Source of the DNA: Halothiobacillus sp.
Lineage (GTDB): Bacteria; Pseudomonadota; Gammaproteobacteria; JAAZVP01
Length of the DNA: 64,000 nucleotides
Assembly: GCA_018623495.1 (NCBI GenBank)
Contig: JAAZVP010000001.1
Location: forward strand, 55,991-119,990
Direction of reading: 5' to 3'
The translations under genes and the position numbers were made by a program. Of this stretch, positions 16,702 to 29,572 are shown piece by piece; position 1 is the first letter of the stretch, and every line of letters begins with the position of its first letter. A model generated the notes under the pieces. That model was not told the DNA's origin. It saw only the letters and a program-made list of their open reading frames with translations, and did no database searches.

Positions 16702-17057
16702 CGACCGAGGCAAAGGGTTCTTCGCATTTTGCCCGGCAACGGGAGGCATGGAAGCGACGTGACGGGGATTGCGCGCACCTTTGGGGCCGATATCCTTTCT
16801 CTGCCCGTGTAGCCGGGTGGGCGAGGCGCTTTCCATTGCTTGCCCAGTAGAGAGTACCCTTCGATCCGGGCACCCCGGCACCTTGGTCCTCCGGCCACGA
16901 GGCAAGGCGCAGGGGCCCCGGGGGTGCAACGATCAACAATCCGAGACGACCGCACCAACGGTCAATGGCCTGGGGCAGCTGGCGTCCCTGGCGCCCTGGC
17001 GAGAGGCATTGCCCTCTGCTGTGCCCTGGTGAGGGGTGTCACGTAAAGCGCGATGAA

Positions 17058-17092
17058 CCCAAAAAGGGCCCATGCCGAAACGGCATGGGCCC
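17058..17092 (-). terminator. Rho-independent terminator of rne
   Basis: Minus strand reads GGGCCCATGCCGtttcGGCATGGGCCC followed by TTTTTGGG. It lies 33 nt after the rne stop at 17125. Confidence 0.75.
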
Positions 17093-17124
17093 TTCGCGTG
17101 GCGCCGGTCGGTCCGCTGCGCGGA

Positions 17125-19917
17125 TCAGCCGCCCGATTTCTCCTCGGGCCTTTCCGCCTCCGGTTGCCGTTCCGTCTCCTCTCCGGTCGGGGGCGCGTCC
17201 TGCCCGCGCTCACCGGCCGCCGGCAGGGATTGGGCCTCGCTCGCGTCCGCGCGGGCCGGCTCGGCCTCGTCGGTGACGGGCGCCTCCGGTGCGGCCCCGC
17301 TGTCGGGCTCCCCGGGAGCGGGCGCCTCGGTCTCGCCCGCTTCGGTCGCGGTCCCGGTCTCGGCAGCCGGTTCGCTCCCCTCGGCGGTCTCACCGCCGGA
17401 CCCCGCCCGCGGTGGCTCGGCCCGGGCCACGGGTTCGTCCTCCGATCCGGTCTCGGCGGCCGGGCCATCGTCCGGTTCGCCGGCCGGCGTGGCCGGTTCC
17501 TCCGGTTTCGCCGCCGTCTCCGCCTTCGCCCCGGGCGCCCCGGTCTTGCCGGTGTCGGCACCGGCGGAGCCGCCGCCGGGTTGCGGCTGCGCGGTATCCG
17601 GGTTCGCGGGCGCGGCGGCCTCGTCGCCCGTCGCCTTGTCGCCGGTGTCCTCCCGCGCCGTGTCGTCGCCGATGATGCGGTCACCCGGTTCGGGCTTGAT
17701 GGCGGCGTTGGGCGGCAGGTGACCGACCACGTTCGGCTTGAACATGTCGTCGGCGGTCAGCTTGGGGGCCGCGGGCCTGGGTTCGGGCCGGGCCTTCTTC
17801 TCGGCCTTGGCCGGCTCGGGCGCCGGTTCCTTCTCCTCGGGGGCGGCCACGTCCGCCGGCTTGGGCTTGTCCGCCAGCCCGGGCTTGGGGCCGATCGGCC
17901 GGGGCGGCGGCGTGGGCCGGGTCGCGGGCCGGCCGGGCGAACCGTCGCCCCGGTCTTCCTTGCTCTCCTTGGCTTCCTTGCGTGGCCGGGTGTCCTTCTG
18001 CGGCTTCTTGTCCCCCCGGGCGCCGTTGTCCTGGCCCTTGCCCCGGTTGCCACCGCGCTTGCCCCCGCGCCGGCGCGACTTGCCGTTGCGCCCCTGGGGC
18101 CGGGCACGGGATTCCTCGCGTTCGCCCGGCTCCCGCCTGGGCTCCTCGGTCCGGGGGGCGGGCTTGGCCGGCTGGATGGGCTCCTCTTCCGGCTCGGGCG
18201 CGAACAGGCTGTCCCAGATGCGCTTGAGCAGGCCGGGGCCGGCGGGCTTCTCGGCGGGGGGTGCGACGGGCTTGTCCGCCTTGGGTTCGGCCGCTTCGGG
18301 GGCCGGTGCCGGGGCCGGGGCCGGGGGGGTGACGGCCTTGACCGCCGGCTCTTCGGGTCCCGGTCGCCGCTGCTCTTCCTCGGGCTGGTAGACCGGGTGT
18401 TCCATGGCCTGGACCAGGGTATGGGGGCGGATGGCCTGGAGTTCGTTCACCCGGATGCGCTCGAGCTCGTAGTGGGGCGTCTCCAGGTTGGGGTTGGGCA
18501 CCAGGATCACCTGCACCGAGTGGCGTTGCTGGATCTCGTTGATCTCGGGACGCTTCTCGTTGAGCAGGTAGGTGGCCACGTCCACCGGCAGCTGGCCGGT
18601 CACGCGACCGGTCTTCTCCTTCATGGCCTCTTCCTCGATCAGGCGCAGGATCGAGAGGGAGAGCGACTCGGTCTCGCGGATGGTGCCCTGGCCGGAGCAG
18701 CGCGGGCAGACCACCTGGCTGGACTCGCCCAGCGAGGGACGCAGGCGCTGGCGCGACATCTCCAGCAGGCCGAAGCGGGAGATGCGGCCCACCTGTACCC
18801 GCGCCCGGTCCATCTTGAGGGCCTCGCGCAGGCGGTTCTCCACCTCGCGCTGGTGGCGGTTGGGCATCATGTCGATGAAGTCGATCACGATCAGCCCGCC
18901 CAGGTCGCGCAGGCGCAGCTGACGGGCAACCTCGTCGGCGGCCTCGAGGTTGGTGTTGAGCGCGGTCTCCTCGATGTCGGCACCGCGGGTGTTGCGCCCC
19001 GAGTTGATGTCCACCGCGGTCAGTGCCTCGGTGTGGTCGAAGACCAGGGCGCCGCCCGAGGGCAGTTCCACCTCGCGCTGGAAGGCGCTCTCGATCTGGC
19101 TCTCGATCTGGTAGCGGGAGAACAGCGGGATGCGGTCCTCGTAGCGCTTGAGCTTGGGCAGCGCCTGGGGCATGACCCGCTGGAGGAAGTCGGTCGCGGT
19201 GGCGTAGACCTCCGGGTCGTCGATCAGGATCTCGCCGATGTCGGCACGCAGGTAGTCGCGCAGGGCGCGGATGATGACGTTGCTTTCCTGGTAGACCAGG
19301 AAGGGCCCTTCGCGCTCGTCGCTGGCCGCCCGGATGGCATTCCACACCTGCAGCAGGTAGTCGAGATCCCACTGCAGCTCCTCGGCGCTGCGGCCGACGC
19401 CGGCCGTGCGCACGATCAGGCCCATGCCGTCGGGCACCTCGAGCTCGGCGAGGGCCTGCTTGACCATCGAGCGGTCCTCGCCCTCGATGCGCCGCGAGAC
19501 CCCGCCGGCCCGGGGGTTGTTGGGCATCAGGACCAAGTAGCGTCCGGCCAGGCTGATGAAGGTGGTGAGCGCCGCGCCCTTGGTGCCCCGTTCTTCCTTG
19601 TCGACCTGGACCAGGATCTCCTGGCCTTCCTTGATGGCCTGCTTGAGGATCAGCTTGCCGTTGTCGTCGACCGCGTCGGGGTCGAAGTAGCTACGGGCGA
19701 TCTCCTTGAAGGGCAGAAAGCCGTGGCGTTCGGCACCGAAGTTGACGAAGGCCGCCTCCAGGCTGGGTTCGACCCGGGTGATCAGGCCCTTGTAGATGTT
19801 GGATTTCTTCTGTTCCCGGGACGGGGTCTCGATGTCGATATCGTAGAGCTTTTGCCCGTCGACTAGGGCGACGCGCAACTCCTCGGGGTGAGTTGCGTTG
19901 ATCAACATGCGTTTCAT
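17125..19917 (-). CDS. rne: Ribonuclease E
   Basis: The N-terminus [44 protein letters not shown] matches E. coli RNase E almost residue for residue. Catalytic domain, then the Arg/Pro/Glu-rich low-complexity C-terminal scaffold. The ORF is open to 19977 but the start is taken at MKRM. Confidence 0.93.
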   Translation of the reverse strand: MKRMLINATHPEELRVALVDGQKLYDIDIETPSREQKKSNIYKGLITRVEPSLEAAFVNFGAERHGFLPFKEIARSYFDPDAVDDNGKLILKQAIKEGQEILVQVDKEERGTKGAALTTFISLAGRYLVLMPNNPRAGGVSRRIEGEDRSMVKQALAELEVPDGMGLIVRTAGVGRSAEELQWDLDYLLQVWNAIRAASDEREGPFLVYQESNVIIRALRDYLRADIGEILIDDPEVYATATDFLQRVMPQALPKLKRYEDRIPLFSRYQIESQIESAFQREVELPSGGALVFDHTEALTAVDINSGRNTRGADIEETALNTNLEAADEVARQLRLRDLGGLIVIDFIDMMPNRHQREVENRLREALKMDRARVQVGRISRFGLLEMSRQRLRPSLGESSQVVCPRCSGQGTIRETESLSLSILRLIEEEAMKEKTGRVTGQLPVDVATYLLNEKRPEINEIQQRHSVQVILVPNPNLETPHYELERIRVNELQAIRPHTLVQAMEHPVYQPEEEQRRPGPEEPAVKAVTPPAPAPAPAPEAAEPKADKPVAPPAEKPAGPGLLKRIWDSLFAPEPEEEPIQPAKPAPRTEEPRREPGEREESRARPQGRNGKSRRRGGKRGGNRGKGQDNGARGDKKPQKDTRPRKEAKESKEDRGDGSPGRPATRPTPPPRPIGPKPGLADKPKPADVAAPEEKEPAPEPAKAEKKARPEPRPAAPKLTADDMFKPNVVGHLPPNAAIKPEPGDRIIGDDTAREDTGDKATGDEAAAPANPDTAQPQPGGGSAGADTGKTGAPGAKAETAAKPEEPATPAGEPDDGPAAETGSEDEPVARAEPPRAGSGGETAEGSEPAAETGTATEAGETEAPAPGEPDSGAAPEAPVTDEAEPARADASEAQSLPAAGERGQDAPPTGEETERQPEAERPEEKSGG

Positions 19918-20370
19918 AGGGGAGTTCTCTTGCCCGATTGAGGGCCAGTCGCGCCGGCGCCGCGGGAAGCGGGCCATGCACCCGGGTCGCCGTGAGGCTC
20001 ATCAACGCCGGGAACAGCAACCACCCGTCGGAGAGATTGGCGAAGATCGCGCGGATGTCGGCAAGCGGCATGACTGGCGTCCGTGTTTGCGAAAGGGTTT
20101 CGGGCCGCCTTGGGGCGGCCGGCCGCGGCCTCCCGGCCGCGGGGATACTGTTGGGTCACGTGCGCCGATGGCGCTGGCGTGGTTTGGCTCGTGCTCTCGG
20201 GAGACCGAAGCGCGCTCCCGTCGCCCGCTCGCCCTTGCCGGGCGGCCGTGTTGAGAGGTTTCGACGAGCGTCTTCCGCGAACGTTCCCGGAGCGGGCACG
20301 CGCAAGTGCCAGACGCAATGCGGGCGATTTGCCAATATAACAATGTTGTCATGGGCCTTCAATTTGCCCG
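19918..20370 (-). promoter_or_regulatory. rne 5' leader (about 450 nt, long structured leader; autoregulatory rne5-type element expected) plus the divergent rne/rluC promoter region
   Basis: A long non-coding stretch upstream of rne and divergent to rluC, as in E. coli. An AT-rich patch TTGCCAATATAACAATGTTGTCATGG sits at about 20326–20352. Confidence 0.5.
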
Positions 20371-20415
20371 GTGACGCGTTCCCGGCGGAACGGGGCGGCC
20401 TGTTATCATGGCGCC

Positions 20416-21378
20416 ATGGCCAATCCGAGCAACCCCGGGAATGGCGTTCGCTGGGTCGAGGTCGACGCCGACCGGGCCGGCCAGCGCCTCGACAATTTCC
20501 TCCGCCATGAACTCAAGGGCGTGCCGCGCAGTCGCATCTACCGTCTGCTGCGCAAGGGGGAGGTGCGGGTCAACAAGGGCCGCTGCAAGCCCCACCGGAA
20601 GCTGGCGGTCGGCGACACGGTGCGGATCCCGCCGGTGCGTCAGAGCGAGCGCGACGTCGCCGCCCTGCCGCCCGGGCTGGTCCGGGCGGTGGGCGAGGCG
20701 GTGATCCACGAGGACGAGCGCTTCCTGGCCATCGACAAGCCGGCGGGCGTGGCGGTCCACCGCGGCAGCGGGCTGGCCTACGGCGCCGACGACCTGCTGC
20801 GGGCGGCGCGCCCCGAACTCGGGCGCCTGGAACTGGTCCACCGTCTCGACCGCGAGACCAGCGGCTGCCTGCTGTTCGCCAAGGGCCGCGAACCCTTGCT
20901 CGCGGCGCAGGCCGCCCTGCGTGAGCGCGCGGTGCGCAAGGTCTACCTGGCGCTGGTCAAGGGGCGCTGGGAGGGCGGCGAGCGCCGGGTGGACGTCCCG
21001 CTGGCGAAGAACGTCCTCCAGGGTGGCGAGCGGATGGTGACCGTCGATCCCGGCGGCAAGACGGCCGTGAGCCGCTTTCGGCCGGTGGAGCGGTTCGCCG
21101 ACGCGACCCTGGTCGAGGTGGTGATCGAGACCGGCCGTACGCACCAGATCCGCGTCCATGCCGCCCACGTCGGTCATCCGCTGGCGGGGGATGCGAAGTA
21201 CGGCGACCGCGGGTTCAACCGGCACCTGCGTGCCCTGGGGCTCAAGCGACTGTTCCTGCACGCCCGCGCACTGGAGTTCGACGACCCGGGCGGGGTGGGG
21301 CGGCTGGCGCTGGAGGCACCCCTGGAGGCGGGGCTGGAATCGGTTCTCAATATACTCAGGGAAACAGATGGTCGCTGA
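20416..21378 (+). CDS. rluC: 23S rRNA pseudouridine synthase RluC (RluA family)
   Basis: S4 domain (RLDNFLRHELKGVPRSRIYRLLRKGEVRVNKGR). Catalytic motif HRLDRETSGCLLFAK. C-terminal GRTHQIRVH. Divergent from rne, as in E. coli. Confidence 0.85.
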   Translation: MANPSNPGNGVRWVEVDADRAGQRLDNFLRHELKGVPRSRIYRLLRKGEVRVNKGRCKPHRKLAVGDTVRIPPVRQSERDVAALPPGLVRAVGEAVIHEDERFLAIDKPAGVAVHRGSGLAYGADDLLRAARPELGRLELVHRLDRETSGCLLFAKGREPLLAAQAALRERAVRKVYLALVKGRWEGGERRVDVPLAKNVLQGGERMVTVDPGGKTAVSRFRPVERFADATLVEVVIETGRTHQIRVHAAHVGHPLAGDAKYGDRGFNRHLRALGLKRLFLHARALEFDDPGGVGRLALEAPLEAGLESVLNILRETDGR

Positions 21379-22039
21379 ACACAAGCTGATCGTATTCGAC
21401 TGGGACGGCACGCTGATGGATTCGGCGGCCCGCATCGTGGACAGCATGCAGGCGGCGATGGCGGATGCCGGCCTGCCGGTGCGCGAACCGGCCGCCATCC
21501 GCGAGATCATTGGCCTGGGGCTCTCCGAGGCCCTGGAGGCCCTCTACCCGGGCATCGGCGAGCGGGATTTCGCCCGCATGCAGGCGGGGTACCGGCATCA
21601 CTTCATGGAGAAGTGCACCACCCCCGCGCGGTTGTTCGAGGGGGCCGCCGAGACCCTGGCGGCCCTGCGCGAGCGGGGCTACTGGCTGGCCGTGGCCACC
21701 GGCAAGAGCCGCGCGGGCCTGGACCGGATGCTGGCGGAGACCGGGCTCGGCCCGCTGTTCTTCGCCAGCCGCTGCGCCGACGAGACCCGCTCCAAGCCCG
21801 ACCCCATGATGCTCGAGGAGATCCTGGTGGATTTCGACCTCGCCCCCGAGCAGGCGCTGATGGTGGGCGACAGCGAGTACGACATGCTCATGGCCAGCAA
21901 CGCCGGTACCCGCTCGCTGGCGGTGAGCTACGGCGTGCACGAGCGCGAGCGGCTGATGCAGCACGGCGCACTCGGTTGCATCGATGCCATCGACGAACTG
22001 GGTACACTGATGAAGGGCCCCGCCGGGGCCGCGGCATAA
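21368..22039 (+). CDS. HAD-superfamily hydrolase (phosphoglycolate-phosphatase-like, subfamily IA)
   Basis: Motif I LIVFDWDGTLMDS. Motif II AVATGKSR. Motif IV MVGDSEYDMLMASNAG. Overlaps the rluC stop. Confidence 0.75.
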   Translation: MVAEHKLIVFDWDGTLMDSAARIVDSMQAAMADAGLPVREPAAIREIIGLGLSEALEALYPGIGERDFARMQAGYRHHFMEKCTTPARLFEGAAETLAALRERGYWLAVATGKSRAGLDRMLAETGLGPLFFASRCADETRSKPDPMMLEEILVDFDLAPEQALMVGDSEYDMLMASNAGTRSLAVSYGVHERERLMQHGALGCIDAIDELGTLMKGPAGAAA

Positions 22040-22052
22040 GGAGATCCCGAGG

Positions 22053-23045
22053 ATGGACGAGCAGCAGGGGAACACGCCCGAGCGCGCCGACGAACGCCGC
22101 GAGGGCGAGCACTGGGAGCGCGAGGTTCTGGCCGAGCTGGCCTATGCCGCGGTGCGCGAGCAGCGGCGCTCGCGGCGCTGGGGCATCTTCTTCAAGAGCC
22201 TGGGGTTTCTTTACCTGCTGGTGCTGCTGCTGGTGGTGATGGCGCCCAAGCTCTCCGGCGAGCGCGTCACGCACGGCAAGCACACCGCGCTGGTGGAGCT
22301 TTCCGGGGTGATCGCGCCGGACACCCCGGCCAATGCCGAGGACACCATCGCCGCACTGGAGGCGGCCTTCGAGGACAAGAATACCCAGGGCGTGGTGTTG
22401 CGCATCAACAGCCCCGGCGGCAGCCCGGTCCAGTCGGGCTACATCTACGACGCCATCGGGCGGCTGCGCGAGCAATACCCGGATACGCCGCTCTACGCGG
22501 TGGTGGGCGACATCTGCGCCTCGGGGGGTTATTACGTGGCCGCCGCGGCCGACGAGATCTATGCCAACCGGGCGAGCATCGTCGGCTCCATCGGCGTGCG
22601 CATGGGCGGTTTCGGCTTCGTCGAGGCCATCGACAAGCTGGGCGTGGAGCGCCGGCTGTACACCGCGGGCGAGAACAAGGCGCTCAACGACCCCTTCCTG
22701 CCCGAGGACCCGGCGCAGACCGAGCACCTGCAGTCGCTGCTCGACGCGGTGCACCAGCAGTTCATCGAGGCCGTGGAGACCGGTCGCGGGGAGCGCCTCG
22801 AGCCGGTGGACGGGCTGTATTCCGGGCTGATCTGGACCGGTCGCCAGGGGGTCGACATCGGCCTGGTGGACGGCCTGGGCAGCCTCGACTACGTCGCCCG
22901 CGAGGTGGTGGGCGCCGAGCGGGTGGTCGATTTCACCCGCGAGGAGGACCTTCTGCGCCGGCTCTCCGATCGCATCGAGTCGGCGGTAGTGGGGGTCGCC
23001 ACCCGCCTGATGAGTGAACGCGTGGGTGTTCAAGCGAGTCTATAA
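22053..23045 (+). CDS. sppA: Signal peptide peptidase SppA (36K type, S49 family)
   Basis: N-terminal TM helix. Catalytic region ...[32 protein letters not shown]... Confidence 0.8.
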   Translation: MDEQQGNTPERADERREGEHWEREVLAELAYAAVREQRRSRRWGIFFKSLGFLYLLVLLLVVMAPKLSGERVTHGKHTALVELSGVIAPDTPANAEDTIAALEAAFEDKNTQGVVLRINSPGGSPVQSGYIYDAIGRLREQYPDTPLYAVVGDICASGGYYVAAAADEIYANRASIVGSIGVRMGGFGFVEAIDKLGVERRLYTAGENKALNDPFLPEDPAQTEHLQSLLDAVHQQFIEAVETGRGERLEPVDGLYSGLIWTGRQGVDIGLVDGLGSLDYVAREVVGAERVVDFTREEDLLRRLSDRIESAVVGVATRLMSERVGVQASL

Positions 23046-23053
23046 AGAGAGCC

Positions 23054-23383
23054 ATGACGGACGAGAACCACCAGCAACGGGAACACGATCGCGACGCGCT
23101 GCTGCTCGAGGAGCAGCAGGTGGAGGCCGAGCCGCCGCCGCTTTACCGGGTGGTGCTCCTGAACGACGACTACACGCCGATGGAGTTCGTCGTCCTGGTG
23201 CTCGAGCGCTTCTTCGGCATGGGCCGGGAGCGCGCCACCCAGGTGATGCTCCAGGTGCATACCCGGGGCAAGGGCGATTGCGGCGTGTTCCCGCGGGAGA
23301 TCGCCGAGACCAAGGTGCAGCAGGTGGAGGAATTCGCCCGAAACAACGAGCATCCTCTGCTATGTACCATGGAGAAGGCCTGA
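23054..23383 (+). CDS. clpS: ATP-dependent Clp protease adaptor ClpS
   Basis: 109 aa. [26 protein letters not shown]...[27 protein letters not shown]. Confidence 0.9.
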   Translation: MTDENHQQREHDRDALLLEEQQVEAEPPPLYRVVLLNDDYTPMEFVVLVLERFFGMGRERATQVMLQVHTRGKGDCGVFPREIAETKVQQVEEFARNNEHPLLCTMEKA

Positions 23384-23398
23384 CCACGAGAAGAGGCA

Positions 23399-25666
<2,268 letters not shown>

Positions 25667-25732
25667 GGCGGGGGTGGCCCTCGTCCGCGCGGGCCGGGTC
25701 GGGCGCCCGGCGCGGGCAGGGCGATGCCGCGG

Positions 25733-26035
<303 letters not shown>

Positions 26036-26146
26036 TCACCGCAAGTTTCCCGGCTCGGGCGGGTCTGCCCCAGCCCGAAACGCTGTGTTAGACTCCCGCG
26101 CCAATCAGAGCCCCACCGGGGTGAAAACGACAATCTCGAGGGCAGC

Positions 26147-27082
26147 ATGACGACAGCAATGGTCTTTCCCGGCCAGGGTGCCCAGTCGGTGGGCATGCTG
26201 GGTGACTGGGCCGCCGGCAATCCCATCATCGAGAAGGTCTACGCCGACGCCTCCGAGGTACTCGGCTTCGACCTCTGGGACGTGGTCGCCAACGGCCCGG
26301 CCGAGCGGCTCGACCAGACCGAGGTGACCCAGCCGGCCCTGCTGGCCGCGGGGGTGGCGGCCTGGAGCAGCTGGCTGGCCGCGGATGGGCCCGCACCGGC
26401 CTGCATGGCCGGTCACAGCCTGGGCGAATACACGGCGTTGGTGGCCGCCGGCGCGATCGGTTTTGCCGACGCGGTGGCCCTGGTCGCCGAGCGCGGCCGG
26501 CTGATGCAGTCGGCGCTGCCCGCCGGCGAGGGGGCCATGGCGGCGGTGCTGGGCCTGGACGACGAGACGGTCCGCGAGGTCTGCCAGCGCGCCGCGGGTG
26601 ACGCGGTCTGCGAAGCGGTCAATTACAACGCCCCGGGACAGGTGGTCATCGCCGGCAACGCGGCGGCCGTCGAGCGGGCCTCCGAGGCGGCCGGGGAGGC
26701 CGGGGCCAGGCGCGTCGTCCCGCTGGCGGTGAGCGTGCCCTCCCATTGCGCCTTGATGCGCGGGGCGGCCGAGGCCCTGGCGGACGAACTGGAGAAGGTC
26801 GAGATCACCGCGCCGGAGATCCCGGTGATCCACAACGTCGACGGCCGACCGCGCACCGAGCCCGGCGCGATCCGGGCCGCGCTCGCCGAGCAGCTCTACA
26901 GCCCCGTCCGTTGGGTGGACAGCGTGCGCAACATGCAGGCCGACGGCGTCGACCGCCTGCTGGAGATGGGGCCGGGCAAGGTGCTTACCGGGTTGTCCCG
27001 GCGGATCGATCGCAAACTCGAGGCGTTGCCGGTGTTCGATACCGCGACGCTGGACAAGGCACTGGGGGAGGTGCGTGCATGA
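26147..27082 (+). CDS. fabD: Malonyl-CoA:ACP transacylase
   Basis: VFPGQGAQSVGM. Active site GHSLGEYTALV. 311 aa. Confidence 0.9.
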   Translation: MTTAMVFPGQGAQSVGMLGDWAAGNPIIEKVYADASEVLGFDLWDVVANGPAERLDQTEVTQPALLAAGVAAWSSWLAADGPAPACMAGHSLGEYTALVAAGAIGFADAVALVAERGRLMQSALPAGEGAMAAVLGLDDETVREVCQRAAGDAVCEAVNYNAPGQVVIAGNAAAVERASEAAGEAGARRVVPLAVSVPSHCALMRGAAEALADELEKVEITAPEIPVIHNVDGRPRTEPGAIRAALAEQLYSPVRWVDSVRNMQADGVDRLLEMGPGKVLTGLSRRIDRKLEALPVFDTATLDKALGEVRA

Positions 27083-27828
27083 ACAAGGAGCTGGTTGACG
27101 ACATCGCGCTGGTGACCGGCGCTTCGCGCGGTATCGGGCGGGCCACCGCCCTGGAACTGGGCCGCCGTGGCGCCCGCGTGGTGGGTACCGCCACCAGCGA
27201 ATCCGGTGCCGAGCGCATCACCGAGGCCCTGCAGGCCGAGGGCATCGACGGCCGCGGCCTGGCGCTCGACGTCACCGACGGCGACCGCGTCGCGGCGGCG
27301 ATGGGGGAAGTGACGGAGGCCTTCGGCGCGCCCACCATCCTGGTCAACAACGCCGGCATCACCCGCGACAACCTGATGATGCGGATGAAGGACGAGGAGT
27401 GGGATGCCATCATCCAGACCAACCTCACCTCGGTCTACCGGATGAGCAAGGCCTGCCTGCGCGGCATGATGAAGGCCCGTCGCGGGCGCATCATCTCCAT
27501 CTCCTCGGTGGTGGGTGCCTCGGGCAATGCCGGGCAGACCAACTACGCTGCCGCCAAGGCCGGCGTGGTGGGCATGAGCAAGTCGCTGGCCCGCGAGGTG
27601 GGGCCGCGCGGGGTCACCGTCAACGTGGTCGCCCCGGGCTTCATCGACACCGACATGACCCGCGACCTGCCCGAGAAGCAGCGCGAGGCGCTGCTGGGCC
27701 AGATTCCTGCCGGAAGGCTCGGGGATCCGGCCGAGATCGCCGCGGCGGTGGCCTTCCTGGCCTCGCCGCAGGCCGCCTACGTCACGGGGGAGACCATCCA
27801 CGTCAACGGCGGCATGTACATGGCCTGA
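27079..27828 (+). CDS. fabG: 3-oxoacyl-ACP reductase FabG
   Basis: ATGA overlap with fab[11 protein letters not shown] Rossmann motif. Catalytic region [13 protein letters not shown]. Confidence 0.9.
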   Translation: MNKELVDDIALVTGASRGIGRATALELGRRGARVVGTATSESGAERITEALQAEGIDGRGLALDVTDGDRVAAAMGEVTEAFGAPTILVNNAGITRDNLMMRMKDEEWDAIIQTNLTSVYRMSKACLRGMMKARRGRIISISSVVGASGNAGQTNYAAAKAGVVGMSKSLAREVGPRGVTVNVVAPGFIDTDMTRDLPEKQREALLGQIPAGRLGDPAEIAAAVAFLASPQAAYVTGETIHVNGGMYMA

Positions 27829-28009
27829 CGTCGCGGCGGCGGGCCATGGGGCCCGGGCGCGGGCCCGGTCCCGGCGTCTGCGGGCGCCGAAACCGAATCA
27901 CGCTGGATTATTGGGATTGCCCAAAATACAATACCGCCCACAGCCGGTGCCCCGGCAGGCGGCGGTGCTCGACCGGGCAAGAATTTGGACTGCTGGAGAA
28001 AGCGAAACC

Positions 28010-28246
28010 ATGAGTAACGTTGTAGAGCAAGTGAAGAAGATCGTTGCCGAGCAGCTGGGCGTCAAGGAAAACGAGGTCACCAACGACGCCTCCTTCGTGG
28101 ACGATCTGGGCGCCGACTCCCTCGATACCGTCGAGCTGGTCATGGCTCTGGAAGAAGAGTTCGAGTGCGAGATTCCCGACGAGGAAGCCGAGAAGATCAC
28201 CACCGTCCAGGAAGCGGTCGACTACATCAACAACAACCTGAAGTAA
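28010..28246 (+). CDS. acpP: Acyl carrier protein
   Basis: 78 aa. [19 protein letters not shown] phosphopantetheine-attachment site. Confidence 0.93.
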   Translation: MSNVVEQVKKIVAEQLGVKENEVTNDASFVDDLGADSLDTVELVMALEEEFECEIPDEEAEKITTVQEAVDYINNNLK

Positions 28247-28268
28247 GTCCGCTTCCCGGACCGTTCGT

Positions 28269-28306
28269 TGCCGCATCGCCGCCCGGCGCATGCGGCATTT
28301 CTGTAT
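28269..28306 (+). terminator. Rho-independent terminator after acpP (partial)
   Basis: TGCCGCAT-cgccgcccggcg-ATGCGGCA followed by TTTCTGTAT. Confidence 0.5.
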
Positions 28307-28330
28307 CCGGATCAGTGAAAAGGGTGTCTC

Positions 28331-29572
28331 GTGTCTGAGCGTCGCGTCGTCGTGACCGGGCTGGGCCTGGTCTCGCCCGTTGGTAACAATGTCGCGGATG
28401 CCTGGTCCGCGATCCTTGCGGGCCAGAGCGGTGTGCGGCCCATCGAGCAGTTCGATGCCACGGATTTCTCCGTGCGCATCTCGGCCTCGGTTCGGGACTT
28501 CGATGCCACCGCCTACCTGCCGCGCAAGGACCTGCGCAAGTTCGATACCTTCATCCACTACGCCATGGCGGCGGGCATCCAGGCACTGGAGGACGCCGGC
28601 ATCTCGGACGACGAGGCCGACGCCGAGCGGATCGGCGTGGCCATCGGCTCGGGCATCGGCGGTCTGCCGGCCATCGAGCGCACCCATGCCGCCTACGAGA
28701 AGGGCGGGCCGCGCAAGATCTCGCCGTTCTTCGTCCCCGGCTCGATCATCAACATGGCGCCGGGACTGCTCTCGATCCGCTACGGGCTCAAGGGGCCGAA
28801 CCTTTCCATCGTCACCGCCTGTACCACGGGCACCCACAACATCGGCGAGGCCGCGCGCAAGATCGCCTGGGGCGAGGCCGACGTGATGGTGGCCGGCGGG
28901 GCCGAGATGGCGACCTGCCCGACCGGCGTGGGCGGTTTCGCGGCCTCCCGGGCGCTGTCCACGCGCAACGACGAGCCGGAAAAGGCCAGCCGTCCCTGGG
29001 ACCGGGACCGCGACGGTTTCGTCCTCGGCGACGGCGCCGGCGTGGTGGTGCTGGAGGACTACGAGCGGGCGCGCAAGCGCGGCGCCACCATCCATGCCGA
29101 GCTCTCCGGCTACGGCACCAGTGCCGACGCCCACCACATGACCCTGCCGGCCGAGGGCGGCGAGGGCGCCTCGCGCTGCATGCAGGCGGCCCTGAAGGAC
29201 GCCGGGATCGCCACCGACCGGGTGGGCTACATCAACGCCCACGGCACCTCCACGCCGGCCGGTGACCTGGCCGAGACCGAGGCGGTCAAGGCCACCTTCG
29301 GCGATCACGCCGGGGGGATCGCGATGAGCTCCACCAAGTCCATGACCGGGCATCTGCTGGGCGCGGCCGGGGGCGTGGAGGCCGTGTTCACGGTGCTCGC
29401 CCTGCGTGACCAGGTGGCCCCGCCCACCATCAACCTCGACCAGCCGGGGGAGGGCTGTGACCTGGACTACGTCCCGCACGAGGCGCGCGAGATGCCCATC
29501 GACGTGGCCCTGTCCAATTCCTTCGGCTTTGGCGGCACCAACGGCACGCTGGTGTTCTCGCGGATCCAGTGA
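28331..29572 (+). CDS. fabF: 3-oxoacyl-ACP synthase II
   Basis: GTG start. KAS II motifs, including the active-site Cys in [10 protein letters not shown] and the His residues in HGTST and GHLLGAAG. Confidence 0.9.
   Translation: MSERRVVVTGLGLVSPVGNNVADAWSAILAGQSGVRPIEQFDATDFSVRISASVRDFDATAYLPRKDLRKFDTFIHYAMAAGIQALEDAGISDDEADAERIGVAIGSGIGGLPAIERTHAAYEKGGPRKISPFFVPGSIINMAPGLLSIRYGLKGPNLSIVTACTTGTHNIGEAARKIAWGEADVMVAGGAEMATCPTGVGGFAASRALSTRNDEPEKASRPWDRDRDGFVLGDGAGVVVLEDYERARKRGATIHAELSGYGTSADAHHMTLPAEGGEGASRCMQAALKDAGIATDRVGYINAHGTSTPAGDLAETEAVKATFGDHAGGIAMSSTKSMTGHLLGAAGGVEAVFTVLALRDQVAPPTINLDQPGEGCDLDYVPHEAREMPIDVALSNSFGFGGTNGTLVFSRIQ

Noticed and set aside
4342-17092. Integrative element or prophage at tRNA-Leu.
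   Set aside because: No integrase, excisionase, transposase or phage structural genes were found, and no attL/attR repeat of the tRNA 3' end was spotted. It is kept only as a low-confidence variable-region hypothesis.
25681-25720. GC palindrome GCCGGGtcgggcgCCCGGC between clpA and infA as a shared terminator.
   Set aside because: There is no flanking T-run on either strand. It could be a Rho-dependent region or a structural hairpin, so it is not called.
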